A stretch of 64,000 nt of DNA. Origin: a virus (lineage: Duplodnaviria > Caudoviricetes). Below the pieces are notes generated by a model that saw nothing but the letters and a program-made list of their open reading frames with translations, was not told the origin of the DNA and ran no database searches. The position numbers and the translations under genes are program-made. Shown here in pieces: positions 28,198-38,076 of this stretch (the first letter of the stretch is position 1; each line of letters starts with the position of its first letter). Location: IMG/VR virus record IMGVR_UViG_3300012000_000013, positions 1,712 through 65,711 of that record; one strand, 5' to 3'.

Positions 28198-29304
28198 ATG
28201 GCATTCATAGGCAACACCGTTCAAACAGTTCCGTTTATCACAGATACTTTCTCTGGTACTGGTGCTCAAACGGCATTTACTCCGTTAACTAGAGCACCAG
28301 CTGGCTCAGCATCTATTGCTGTGTTTATCGCTGGTGTTTATCAACCTCCTTCTGCATATACATTAAGTGGCGTTACCATTACTTTTGTTTCTGCACCAAC
28401 AGCAGGCGCAGGTAATATTATTGTTTTACATTTAGGTAATGGTTCTGCAACACAAGTTCCATCTGATGGCTCTGTAACAGTTTCTAAATTAAGCAGTGAT
28501 GTTTATGGATATATCAATGCAGCTTTTGCAACTGCCAATTCAGATAGTGGTGTTGCTAATAGTGGTGCTAGTTATGCTAACTCTGCATTTATTACTGCTA
28601 ACAATAGTCTTGGTATTGATTTAACACAGAACACTAATATTACAAATGCTGGAACTTATGCCAATTCAGCCTTTGCTGCAGCTAATACGGCAACAGCTTC
28701 TGGTTCATACGCCAATTCAGCATTTATAGCTGCTAACAACAGTCTTGGTATTGATACTACTCAAAATACCAACATAACAAACGCTGGCACTTATGCTAAT
28801 GCGGCTTTCTTAGTTGCTAATACTCCAACTCATGTAGCAAATAGTGCCGCTAGTTATGCAAATAGTGGATTTGCCGTAGCTAACTCTGCCGCTGGATATG
28901 CTAACTCCGCATTTGCAAAAGCTAACACTGCTGGTGTTGGAACAGTAACTTCAGTTGCTACTGGTAATGGATTATCAGGTGGAACAATTACTTCTACTGG
29001 AACCTTAGTAGTTGCTTGCCCAACATTTAATACTGTTGGAAGTTATTGTTTTGGTGGGTGGACAAATAATTGCGGTGGCGCAACTTTAAGTTCAGGTAGC
29101 AATTATTCTGCTGGAAGTGGTTTTAGACAAATTCGATCTGTAACAATAGTAAGAAATGATTCTCAACCTTCTTGCAGTAGTTCCGCAGGTTCTGTAAGTA
29201 GTAATAATTTATCAGGCACTTGGAAAATTATGGGTGCACCTGCCTCATCAACTACAAATATGGGTGAAGTTGCTAACATGACTTTAGTTTGCAGAGTATC
29301 TTAA
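28198..29304 (+). CDS. tail fibre protein with ANSA stalk and Cys-containing tip
   Basis: MAFIGN N-terminus, ANSA repeats, GTVTSVATGNGLSGGTIT, LSGTWK...CRVS tip. Confidence 0.75.
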   Translation: MAFIGNTVQTVPFITDTFSGTGAQTAFTPLTRAPAGSASIAVFIAGVYQPPSAYTLSGVTITFVSAPTAGAGNIIVLHLGNGSATQVPSDGSVTVSKLSSDVYGYINAAFATANSDSGVANSGASYANSAFITANNSLGIDLTQNTNITNAGTYANSAFAAANTATASGSYANSAFIAANNSLGIDTTQNTNITNAGTYANAAFLVANTPTHVANSAASYANSGFAVANSAAGYANSAFAKANTAGVGTVTSVATGNGLSGGTITSTGTLVVACPTFNTVGSYCFGGWTNNCGGATLSSGSNYSAGSGFRQIRSVTIVRNDSQPSCSSSAGSVSSNNLSGTWKIMGAPASSTTNMGEVANMTLVCRVS

Positions 29305-29316
29305 AAAGGAAAATAT

Positions 29317-29571
29317 ATGTTTACTTTAGAATATGCCAAAAATCCAATTTACAACAACGAAGAAGGCACAGCCATTCTCCTAACAGTTAAATGGGAAGAA
29401 TTTGTAGAAGAAATGCCTTTTGGTGCTTGCTCTTTTGATCCTGAGCCTTGGGGTGTTGATTTATATAATCGTGCAAAAACGGGTGAATTTGGTGAAGTTT
29501 TACCATTTCAAACAACAGTTGTTGCAAGCATTGATTTTCAGCCAACATCAACAGGTACACAAACATTGTGA
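29317..29571 (+). CDS. probable tail fibre assembly chaperone
   Basis: Directly follows the fibre; PF-A...DPE..G..LY.RA..GEFG-V motif. Confidence 0.6.
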   Translation: MFTLEYAKNPIYNNEEGTAILLTVKWEEFVEEMPFGACSFDPEPWGVDLYNRAKTGEFGEVLPFQTTVVASIDFQPTSTGTQTL

Positions 29572-29846
29572 TTCAAGTATCACCAAAACATTTTTTTACT
29601 TATGATGGGGCAACTTTATCGGTTTATCATGCTAATAAAGGTCAAGGTTTGCCTAAACACGAACATTCATATCATCATGCAATAGTTTGTCATTCAGGTT
29701 CTTGCGTAGTTCGTGTTGAAGGTAAAGAATTAGTAATGACTAAAAATACTCAACCTGTTAATTTATTAGCAGGTAAATGGCATGAAATTGAAGCATTAGA
29801 AAATGAAACTGTGTTTGTTAATGTTTTTGCAGAAGGTAAATCTTAA
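29568..29846 (+). CDS. cupin-fold protein
   Basis: LPKHEHSYHH...WHEIEALENETVFVN cupin signature; GTG start. Confidence 0.75.
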   Translation: MIQVSPKHFFTYDGATLSVYHANKGQGLPKHEHSYHHAIVCHSGSCVVRVEGKELVMTKNTQPVNLLAGKWHEIEALENETVFVNVFAEGKS

Positions 29847-30022
29847 TGAGAACTGAATATTGTAAAGGCAGAATTTATCCTAATAGTGTTCCTGAGTTTC
29901 GGCACTTACAAAAAGCAGACGGAACAATGGAAATGCAAGTGCGGTATATAAATTCAGGTATGGGTTACACAGGCAAATGGATGCCTGTTAAAACAGAGCA
30001 AGAGCAGACTGAAGTAAAATAA
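29846..30022 (+). CDS. small hypothetical protein (58 aa, MRTEYCKGRIYPNSVPEFRH...)
   Basis: Manual translation; TAATG overlap with cupin stop; ends before terminator. Confidence 0.6.
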   Translation: MRTEYCKGRIYPNSVPEFRHLQKADGTMEMQVRYINSGMGYTGKWMPVKTEQEQTEVK

Positions 30023-30067
30023 AACAATAAAACTTAGTTGATAACTACTTGCCAGCCAAGAAAGTTT

Positions 30068-30092
30068 AAACCCTGCTTTTGCAGGGTTTTTT
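30068..30092 (+). terminator. Rho-independent terminator
   Basis: AAACCCTGC-TTTT-GCAGGGTTT followed by T run. Confidence 0.88.
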
Positions 30093-30195
30093 CTATCCAT
30101 CAATACCCAATTGGACTAAATATAAATGCCTATCACGGTGCGCTAACACCTATAGGCTCTATGTCTTGATTCCATAACAGTAAGGAGACACAGCT

Positions 30196-30936
30196 GTGAA
30201 TATTTATCATCCAATTCAAAACAAGTATTGTCAATGGTACCAAAATTTGGTAACTAAGGCTAAAGATAGAGTCCTTGATAATACTATTTACCAAGAAAAA
30301 CACCATATCATACCTAAATGTTTTGGTGGAAATGACTTGCCAATCAATCTAGTTTCTTTAACACTTAGAGAACACTATGTTGCACATTTACTTTTATCAA
30401 AAATGTATGTTGGTGAAGCCAAAAGAAAAATGATGTATGCTTTATGGAGAATGTTACTGCGAGAGAAAACTCGTGGTTCAAGAACATTTGAAATGTATAG
30501 GCAACAGTATATTGAAACTGCCTTAAATACACAAGTAATAACTGATGAATTTCGTCAGAAAGTTTCTAATAGTACCAAAGGAATAAAAAAAACAATCACT
30601 CAAAAAGTTTTGGATAAAAACAAAAGATTGAAAGTTGAACTGTCTGGTATTGGCAATCCAATGTATGGCAAAAAGCAAACGGATAATGCCAAATTATTAA
30701 TATCTAAAAGACTAACTAAGCATTATGAAAATCCAGAAAATCGTAAAAAACAAGCATTAACTAGAATTGGTTCAAAACACTCTGAGGAAGTCAAAAATAA
30801 AATGTCTAAAGATAGAGCTGGTGCAGGAAATGCTATGTTTGGTAAAAAACATTCAGAAGAAACCCGTAAAAAGATAAGTGAGGCAGGCAAAAAAAGGTAT
30901 AAAACAGAACGGCAAGATAACATAAATAGAACATAA
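30196..30936 (+). mobile_element. free-standing HNH homing endonuclease with NUMOD3-type repeats
   Basis: EKHHIIPKCFGG...NLV-LT-REHYVAHLLL; NPMYGKK, KHSEEVKNKMS, MFGKKHSEETRKKISE; AAGGAG SD, GTG start. Confidence 0.9.
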
Positions 30937-30963
30937 AGTTAATCAAATTTAAGGGGAACTAAA

Positions 30964-31296
30964 ATTTCTGCTTTTTCGGAACTGCTCATTGAGCAGAATG
31001 CCACTTTCTCCACCACAGTTAATGTAGTAGATTCAGCCGGTTCTGCTGTCAATCTCTATGGGTATTCTGCTTCCACTCAAATGCGTAAATCATACTACGC
31101 AACATCAGCTACAATAATTACTTCAACCATTACAGGTAATGCTAATGGTGAAATTACTCTTTCTATGACGGCAGCCAATACTGCCAATTTGACCCCTGGT
31201 CGATCCGTTTTTGACCTTTTAATTACAGCTCCAAATGGAACAAAAACAAGAGTAATTGAAGGAATTGTTGTAATATCGCCAGGAGTTACACAATAA
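30964..31296 (+). CDS. beta-sandwich virion protein; probable non-canonical ATT start
   Basis: Frame open from stop at 30940-30942: (I)SAFSELLIEQNATFSTTVNV...NLYGYSASTQMRKSY...RVIEGIVVISPGVT; AAGGGG SD upstream of ATT. Confidence 0.65.
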   Translation: MSAFSELLIEQNATFSTTVNVVDSAGSAVNLYGYSASTQMRKSYYATSATIITSTITGNANGEITLSMTAANTANLTPGRSVFDLLITAPNGTKTRVIEGIVVISPGVTQ

Positions 31297-31511
31297 TGGC
31301 TATTACAGGAATTGTTAAACAACAGGTTAGGTCAACAATTGTAGCACAAAGTTTTGCACCTAAACCAAATGTGGCGTTAACTGAATTGACAGATGTTAAT
31401 GTTTCAACAATTCAGAACAATCAAGTGTTACAATACAATTCTGCTACAGGTAAATTTGTAGCAAACACAGTAACCGCTTCTTTAGTTGCGGTTAACGGCG
31501 GTTCGTTTTAA
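31296..31511 (+). CDS. small fibre-associated protein ending NGGSF
   Basis: LTELTDV...VLQYNSATGKF repeat unit; coupled ORF. Confidence 0.7.
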   Translation: MAITGIVKQQVRSTIVAQSFAPKPNVALTELTDVNVSTIQNNQVLQYNSATGKFVANTVTASLVAVNGGSF

Positions 31512-34288
31512 TGGCAAATACATTAATACAACTAAAGTCATCCACATCTAATGCGGCTCCAATCGTATTAGATGTTGCTGAACCGGCGTATTCGTATGTA
31601 AGTAATACCTTATTCATTGGCACTGCTGCTGGTAATGGCGTATTGCCTATTGGCGGCCAGTTTTATGTTGCTCAGCAAGAACTAATATTTGCAAAAACTA
31701 ATGCCGCTTTTGCAGCTGCTAATACTGGTTCAGGTGCTGCTTCTGCTGGTTCATATGCCAACTCAGCTTTCTTAGTAGCTAATACTCCAAACTATGTAGC
31801 CAATTCAGCGGCCTCTTATGCTAATGCTGGTTTTGCAGTAGCTAACTCTGCTGCTAGTTATGCTAATAGTTCTTTTTTATCTGCAAATACTCCAAGTAAT
31901 GTAGCAAACTCAGCTGCACTCTATGCTAATTCTGCCTTTGCAGCTGCTAACAATGCTTCTGATACATGGGTTCGTAATCAGGCAAACGCTGCCTTCTTAC
32001 AGGCTAATACTCCATCATATACTGCTAATAGTGCAGCCTTATATGCTAACTCTGCTTTCTTACAGGCAAACACACCAAGTTATGTAGCTAACTCAGCAGC
32101 TGCTTATGCCAATGGCGCATTTGCGGCCGCTAATACAAAATTTAATTCATCTGGTGGTACAATCACAGGTGACACAAGTATTACTGGTAACTTAACTGTT
32201 ACTGGCACCACAACATATACAAATACTGTTACTGTATTAATTGCTGATAATATTATCACAGTTAATGCCGCTATTAGTCAGTCAGCACAACCAACATCAA
32301 ACGCTGGTATTGAAGTTGATAGAGGCGCACAACCAAATTCTTCATTTTTATGGATTGAAACTGCTGGTAAATGGTCTGCGAACAACGGAAATGCTTCATT
32401 TTATATTGCAGCCGACTCGGCAGAATCTTATGCTAATGCAGCCTTTGCAGCTGCTAATGCCGCTAATGCAACAGATGCCACTCAAAATGCCAGTATTACC
32501 GCAGCTTTTATTCAAGCAAATGCGGCTTTCTTACAGGCTAATACTCCAAGTAATGTAGCAAACTCAGCTGCAAGTTATGCTAATGCAGCCTTTACTGCTG
32601 CTAATACGGCTGGTGGTTCAGTTCAAGGTAATACAATAAACCTTGGTTCAAACACAGTTGGTCTTTTAGTAAGTAATGCAGTAACACTTACAACAACAAC
32701 AAAAGTAACTGATGGTTTGGCATTAATTAATAATGTGTTAGGTAAATTAGTTCCACCTGGCCCACCTGCTTTCCCATCTTCTAATACTATTTCTATTGCT
32801 TCTGTATCTTCTTACAGAATGACAAACTTCAGTCAGACAGATAGAACATCAAGTAGTCGTGGTGTTGCTGCTGGCACAACTGTTACAAATACAAGACGAG
32901 CTGCAACATACTCAATTACACCAACTATTCCTGACCAGGGACCGGGTGATAGTGGCACATTAACATTATTTGTCAATGGTGCAAACACCGTTGCCTATAC
33001 ATTTACATCATCAAGTGCCAATGGTACTTACACAAGTGGTGGTCACTCATTAGTTATTTCTGATAGTGTTGATTATGGTTCTAAGATTGTAGGTACTGCA
33101 CAAGGCTTCTGGAGAAGTTTTGATTGTAGTGCCAACGGTACTGTATCAAATGGTTGGAATGAATTATTCATTACTCATAGTGGCGCTTCCTCTACCAACA
33201 CTCCATTTTGGTATTATGATGATAGTGCGCCAGGTGCTGTTGTAGTTAATAACGGAAGTTTAACAGTTAACTCAGCTGCATACTCCAACTCATCTACAAT
33301 TCCACACTATACAAGTGCCACATTATTCAATCTTGGATTTAATATCTCTAAGTTAAGTGGCGATATGTATCCAACTAGTGATACATTTGTTGCCTCTGCA
33401 GCTGGTGGTGCATTTGGTGCCAACTCTGGTGTAACATATGCACAAGCAGGCATCACAACACCACTTGCAAGGAATCTTTATGTTTCAAGTGGTCAAGCAA
33501 CAGTCAATTTAACATCAGCAATCGTATCAGGTTTTGGAAATAGTTCAACTGGTGTTGTTGTAACTGGTCAAAACAGTTATACCGCAGGCACATTATCGGT
33601 AACTCCAGGCGTTACTATTCAATACAAAACAGGCAACACAAGTTCCAATACTGTAATTGGTGGTGAAGATAATCTATTCTTCGGCTCAACAGTTGGTACC
33701 GGATCAACGGCGGCGTTTCGTATCGTCAATCCTGGTTCAACGGATAATCCTGCATATGCGAATGGTGCATCAGCATTTAACTCGACCTCTGGTACATTGG
33801 AAGCATATGATGCCACAGTAGTTGCCGCTACATTAAAACATGATATAACAAATTACTCCACAGGTTACTTGCCTGTTGGTCCAAATTTAAGTTCAGGCCG
33901 CTCAGGTCCACAATATTTTACATTCAAATTTGTTAGAACATCTTTGTCCAAATTTGATATTCAATTTACAGGTAATACTGCTGGTGTTTGGGTAGCCGCA
34001 CCAGGAACTGTAATTGATTCCACTTCTTCGTTGAATGGCTGGTTGTCCATGACTACTGCATATGCAGGCTCTGGAATTCCAGGTGCTAATGCTCCAGGTA
34101 ATGGTAGCAATGGTTGTGCTTTGGGTGGAACAATTACTGCAAATACAGCAGTTACAACACACAGAAAGACTTGCACATTCGGTACAGTATCAACATCTAA
34201 TTCCACAGGTAATGAAGTTTATGTAAGAATTAAATTGTTGGCTGGTCAGACTATTACTGCACTTTCATTACAAACAGCGAATAATTAA
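31511..34288 (+). CDS. long tail fibre-like protein (MANTLIQLK N-domain, ANSA stalk, large beta-rich C-terminal region)
   Basis: 925-aa ORF, heptad repeats, AGIEVDRG module. Confidence 0.75.
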   Translation: MANTLIQLKSSTSNAAPIVLDVAEPAYSYVSNTLFIGTAAGNGVLPIGGQFYVAQQELIFAKTNAAFAAANTGSGAASAGSYANSAFLVANTPNYVANSAASYANAGFAVANSAASYANSSFLSANTPSNVANSAALYANSAFAAANNASDTWVRNQANAAFLQANTPSYTANSAALYANSAFLQANTPSYVANSAAAYANGAFAAANTKFNSSGGTITGDTSITGNLTVTGTTTYTNTVTVLIADNIITVNAAISQSAQPTSNAGIEVDRGAQPNSSFLWIETAGKWSANNGNASFYIAADSAESYANAAFAAANAANATDATQNASITAAFIQANAAFLQANTPSNVANSAASYANAAFTAANTAGGSVQGNTINLGSNTVGLLVSNAVTLTTTTKVTDGLALINNVLGKLVPPGPPAFPSSNTISIASVSSYRMTNFSQTDRTSSSRGVAAGTTVTNTRRAATYSITPTIPDQGPGDSGTLTLFVNGANTVAYTFTSSSANGTYTSGGHSLVISDSVDYGSKIVGTAQGFWRSFDCSANGTVSNGWNELFITHSGASSTNTPFWYYDDSAPGAVVVNNGSLTVNSAAYSNSSTIPHYTSATLFNLGFNISKLSGDMYPTSDTFVASAAGGAFGANSGVTYAQAGITTPLARNLYVSSGQATVNLTSAIVSGFGNSSTGVVVTGQNSYTAGTLSVTPGVTIQYKTGNTSSNTVIGGEDNLFFGSTVGTGSTAAFRIVNPGSTDNPAYANGASAFNSTSGTLEAYDATVVAATLKHDITNYSTGYLPVGPNLSSGRSGPQYFTFKFVRTSLSKFDIQFTGNTAGVWVAAPGTVIDSTSSLNGWLSMTTAYAGSGIPGANAPGNGSNGCALGGTITANTAVTTHRKTCTFGTVSTSNSTGNEVYVRIKLLAGQTITALSLQTANN

Positions 34289-34849
34289 ATGGCAATTTTA
34301 GATTCCGCAAAAGTCGACCTACTATACAAAAAGCTCTTTGGTGTTGCTAAGACAGACACACCTGTTAATAAGGGTGCAAGTAATGAATCTATTGCTAGTC
34401 CTGCAATTAATCGTGGTGACAAAATTTGGACACAGGCATCAAGCATACCTGGAACTGCTGCGGCCGTTACTGGTATTGTTGAAGCATACCAAACAACTTC
34501 GGCTGTTCAATGTACCGCAGACACAACATCAACTGCTATCAGTAGCGTTTTTCCAACTTGGAAAACTAATCTAACCGATTGGATTCCACCAGAGTTTGGT
34601 TCAACATACTTTGTGGCAGTCTATGCTGACACTTCAGGAGCAGCAAATCCTGTATCAACTGGAACACAAATGTTTGATTCTGGTATTGGTGGTGTAGGTG
34701 AGTGGTTCTTTGACTATCAATCAGGTGTATTAAATTTCATTGGTGGCACAATTCCAGCCACACTAACATCCGCTAAAGTTGTCTATGTTACAGGCTACAG
34801 ATATGTTGGAGAAATAGGAATACAAACAATTAAAGGTGGTAGTTTCTAA
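34289..34849 (+). CDS. virion protein ending KGGSF
   Basis: KVDLLYKKLFGVAKTD, EWFFDYQSGVLNF, GYRYVG. Confidence 0.7.
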   Translation: MAILDSAKVDLLYKKLFGVAKTDTPVNKGASNESIASPAINRGDKIWTQASSIPGTAAAVTGIVEAYQTTSAVQCTADTTSTAISSVFPTWKTNLTDWIPPEFGSTYFVAVYADTSGAANPVSTGTQMFDSGIGGVGEWFFDYQSGVLNFIGGTIPATLTSAKVVYVTGYRYVGEIGIQTIKGGSF

Positions 34850-34906
34850 CTACCGCAAAACATAAATAGACTATAAAGAGCCTTACCCAATAGAGGATCA
34901 TAAAAA

Positions 34907-36577
34907 ATGGCAAATACAGTAATTCAACTAAAGTGGTCTGATGTAACATCAGCACCAACTTCATTAAATGTCGGTGAGGCTGCATATTCTAATACCTCAC
35001 AAAGATTATACATTGGTGACACATCTAACAATGTTCTCACCATTGGCGGTAAATTCTTTGTAGACCAACAAGGTCAAATATTTACCAAAACTAACGTAGC
35101 ATTTGATGCCGCTAATAGTGCAGCTTCTTATGCTAACTCTGCTTTTGCAACGGCTAACTCCGGTTCTGCAGCTGCATCAGCCGCAAGTTATGCCAACTCA
35201 GCATTTGTTGCTGCTAACTCAGCTGGTGTTTATGCCAATTCAGCATTTGTTGCCGCCAATACTCCATCTTATGTTGCTAATAGTGCAGCCAGTTATGCTA
35301 ACTCTGGATTTGCTGTTGCTAATAGTTCTGCTTCTTATGCGAATAGTGGATTTGCTACTGCTAACTCTGCTGGTTCATATGCCAATTCAGCATTTAGTTT
35401 AGCAAACGGCCATAGTGCTATTGCTAACTCAGCAGCTGCTTACGCAAACTCCGGTTTTGCAGTTGCTAACTCAGCTGCAACTTATGCTAACTCAGCATTT
35501 ACTCGTGCTAACAATAGTATCAACGCAAATACTGGCGGTACAATTACTGCTGACTTGGTTATTACTGGTAACTTGACAGTTCAAGGTAATACAACTTATG
35601 TTGATACAAAAACAATTACAACAGGCGATTCATTAATTCACCTTGCTAATAATAATACGGCAGGTGATACAGTAGATATTGGTTTCTACGGAACATATAA
35701 CTCTGGTGGTCAGAAATATACTGGTCTTGTAAGACAAGCTGGTGCAAATTACTTCTTGTTCCAAAACTTAACTAGTGACCCAACTGCAAACACTCTTGCT
35801 CCAGGTTCGTTAACTGCCGCTAACACAGGCACATTGACTGCTAATTTAACATCATACTCTGTTACAATTAATGGTCAAGACATCAACCTCTATACAACAA
35901 ATGCTTATACACAGGCAAATACTGCTGTAGCAAATGCACTTGCGGCTTCAACTGCTGCTAATGCGGCTTTTGCGGTTGCAAATACTGCTAGTGCTTCTGG
36001 TACATCTGCTGGTTCATATGCTAATGCAAGCTTTGCGGTTGCTAATAGTTCCGCTTCATATGCAAATAGTGGATTTGCGGTTGCCAATAGTGCCGCTAGT
36101 TATGCTAACTCAGCGTTTTTATCTGCTAATACTCCATCATATGTAGCAAACTCTGCTGCTAGTTATGCTAACGCAGCCTTTAGTGTTGCTAATACTGCTA
36201 GTGCTTCTGGTACATCTGCTGGTTCATATGCAAACTCTGCGTTTGCAAAGGCTAATACAGACTTTACAAACATTAGTATTACAGGTGCTGATTATGGTAC
36301 AGCATCTTCTGTTCCTGCATTTAGAGTCGAAGCGAATGGTCGTATCAGTTCTGCCAACTCAACTGCTATCGCAATCGCTGCTTCTGCAATTACTTCTGGC
36401 ACATTAGGTGTGGCACGAGGCGGTACTGGTGCTGGCACATTTACAACAAATGGTGTTCTGTTGGGTCAAGGTACTTCTGCATTTACCACGGCTTCATCGT
36501 CAACAGAAGGACATTTATTGACTATCAATGCTTCTGGTGTTCCAACTTTCTCTCATTTACAAGGCGGAACATTCTAA
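34907..36577 (+). CDS. tail fibre-like protein (MANTVIQLK...QGGTF)
   Basis: ANSA repeats, DIGFYG module, LGVARGGTG motif; CATAAATA at 34861. Confidence 0.75.
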   Translation: MANTVIQLKWSDVTSAPTSLNVGEAAYSNTSQRLYIGDTSNNVLTIGGKFFVDQQGQIFTKTNVAFDAANSAASYANSAFATANSGSAAASAASYANSAFVAANSAGVYANSAFVAANTPSYVANSAASYANSGFAVANSSASYANSGFATANSAGSYANSAFSLANGHSAIANSAAAYANSGFAVANSAATYANSAFTRANNSINANTGGTITADLVITGNLTVQGNTTYVDTKTITTGDSLIHLANNNTAGDTVDIGFYGTYNSGGQKYTGLVRQAGANYFLFQNLTSDPTANTLAPGSLTAANTGTLTANLTSYSVTINGQDINLYTTNAYTQANTAVANALAASTAANAAFAVANTASASGTSAGSYANASFAVANSSASYANSGFAVANSAASYANSAFLSANTPSYVANSAASYANAAFSVANTASASGTSAGSYANSAFAKANTDFTNISITGADYGTASSVPAFRVEANGRISSANSTAIAIAASAITSGTLGVARGGTGAGTFTTNGVLLGQGTSAFTTASSSTEGHLLTINASGVPTFSHLQGGTF

Positions 36578-36602
36578 ATTATTATCGTGAAAAGGAGTTA
36601 TT

Positions 36603-37091
36603 ATGAATGTGGAGTTTTCAAATGCATATCAAGAGGTTTTGCTTGAGAACCTAGATGTAATTCTTAAGCAAAACTTTATGATGCAAACAAGATTAAAGTT
36701 GCTTGAAAAAGAAGCAAATGTTCGTGCAGAAATGCAGGCAAAAATTGATGAGCTTACAGTAAAACACCAAGAAGCGTTAGAGCAAATTGGTCAAAGCCAA
36801 CATTATAAGGTACAAGCAGAAAGTAATGATGCTATAGTTCAAGAAAAAACTAGAATTCAATCTGCTTTAAATGATACTATGCGAGAGCTTGGTACAACAA
36901 AAAGTGCGTTAGAGGCAAGACAAAAAGAAGTAGAGGAAATGAATTCTCGTATAATTGAATTAGAAAAATTAGTTCCTCCTGCACCTAAAGTTGTTAAGAA
37001 AGTTACTGTAAAAGCTATTGAAGAAAAGCCTGTTGAAATTTCTGCTACTGAAACCAATAAAGTAAGGGTTGAGGCTGGCGGTACATTTTAA
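36603..37091 (+). CDS. charged coiled-coil protein ending AGGTF
   Basis: AAGGAG SD; E/K/Q-rich heptads. Confidence 0.7.
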   Translation: MNVEFSNAYQEVLLENLDVILKQNFMMQTRLKLLEKEANVRAEMQAKIDELTVKHQEALEQIGQSQHYKVQAESNDAIVQEKTRIQSALNDTMRELGTTKSALEARQKEVEEMNSRIIELEKLVPPAPKVVKKVTVKAIEEKPVEISATETNKVRVEAGGTF

Positions 37092-38068
37092 TGGCAAATA
37101 CAGTAATACAACTTAAACACTCAACATTAACCGGTAATGTTCCATCATCACTGGCTAATGGTGAAATTTCCATCAACAGTCGTGATGGAAAGTTTTTCTA
37201 TTCCACGCCAGCAGGTGTAGTCACCACTCATTATCCTTATTTGGGACCAGCAGGTCTCAACAAGGAAATTCAATTTAATGATGGTGGCACTCTAGGTTCA
37301 AGTTCAGGTCTTACATTTGATAAAGCATCTGGATATTTAACTGCCACATTAATAAGAGCAAATCAATCTTCTGGTGATGAAGGAGGTCAAATTGACCTTG
37401 CAACAGCCGCAACAAATCAAAGTTTGTCTGGCGGCTATGTTAACATTGACATCTTTCAAAATAAATTAAGAATTTTTGAATCTGGTGGTACTAACCGTGG
37501 TGTCTATATTGATATTGCAAATGGTGCATCAGCTGGAGTAGGAACAAATTTATTATCACCATCATCATCTACTGATGGATGGGCAAGAGGTCAAGCAAAC
37601 GCTGCCTTTTTACAAGCAAACACTCCAAGCTATACGGCCAATTCTGCCGCTAGTTACGCTAATGCCGCTTTTGCACAAGCAAATACGGGTTCTGGTTCTG
37701 TATCAGCTGGTTCATATGCCAACTCAGCATTTTCTAAAGCTAATTCTGCTTGCACTGCTGCTGCAACAGCACAATCAACAGCATCTAGTGCAGCTGGAGC
37801 CGCTGCGGCCGCACAAGCTACCGCCGATGCAGCTTATAACACTTATGATTTTGCTTCAATATATACACCAAATAATGCAACAACTGTTACTGCGTCCAAT
37901 CGAAACGACACACTTACAATTGTAGGTGAATCTGGCATTGTTGCTTATGCTAATTCTTCAACAAAAACAATAACGATTGCTGGCACTCCAGGCGCACAAG
38001 GATTAACGGTAGACTATGGATTTGTTGCGGATCCATTATATTATGCCATTGATTACGGAACTCTATAA
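37091..38068 (+). CDS. tail fibre-like protein (MANTVIQLK...IDYGTL)
   Basis: P-SL-NGEI-IN..DGK N-domain, IQFNDGG, GDEGGQI, ANSA repeats. Confidence 0.72.
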   Translation: MANTVIQLKHSTLTGNVPSSLANGEISINSRDGKFFYSTPAGVVTTHYPYLGPAGLNKEIQFNDGGTLGSSSGLTFDKASGYLTATLIRANQSSGDEGGQIDLATAATNQSLSGGYVNIDIFQNKLRIFESGGTNRGVYIDIANGASAGVGTNLLSPSSSTDGWARGQANAAFLQANTPSYTANSAASYANAAFAQANTGSGSVSAGSYANSAFSKANSACTAAATAQSTASSAAGAAAAAQATADAAYNTYDFASIYTPNNATTVTASNRNDTLTIVGESGIVAYANSSTKTITIAGTPGAQGLTVDYGFVADPLYYAIDYGTL

Positions 38069-38076
38069 ATACAAAT

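Noticed and set aside
30196-30936. HNH gene as part of a group I intron
   Set aside because: Flanking ORFs are separate genes with a terminator and promoter between them; too little non-coding sequence for a ribozyme core
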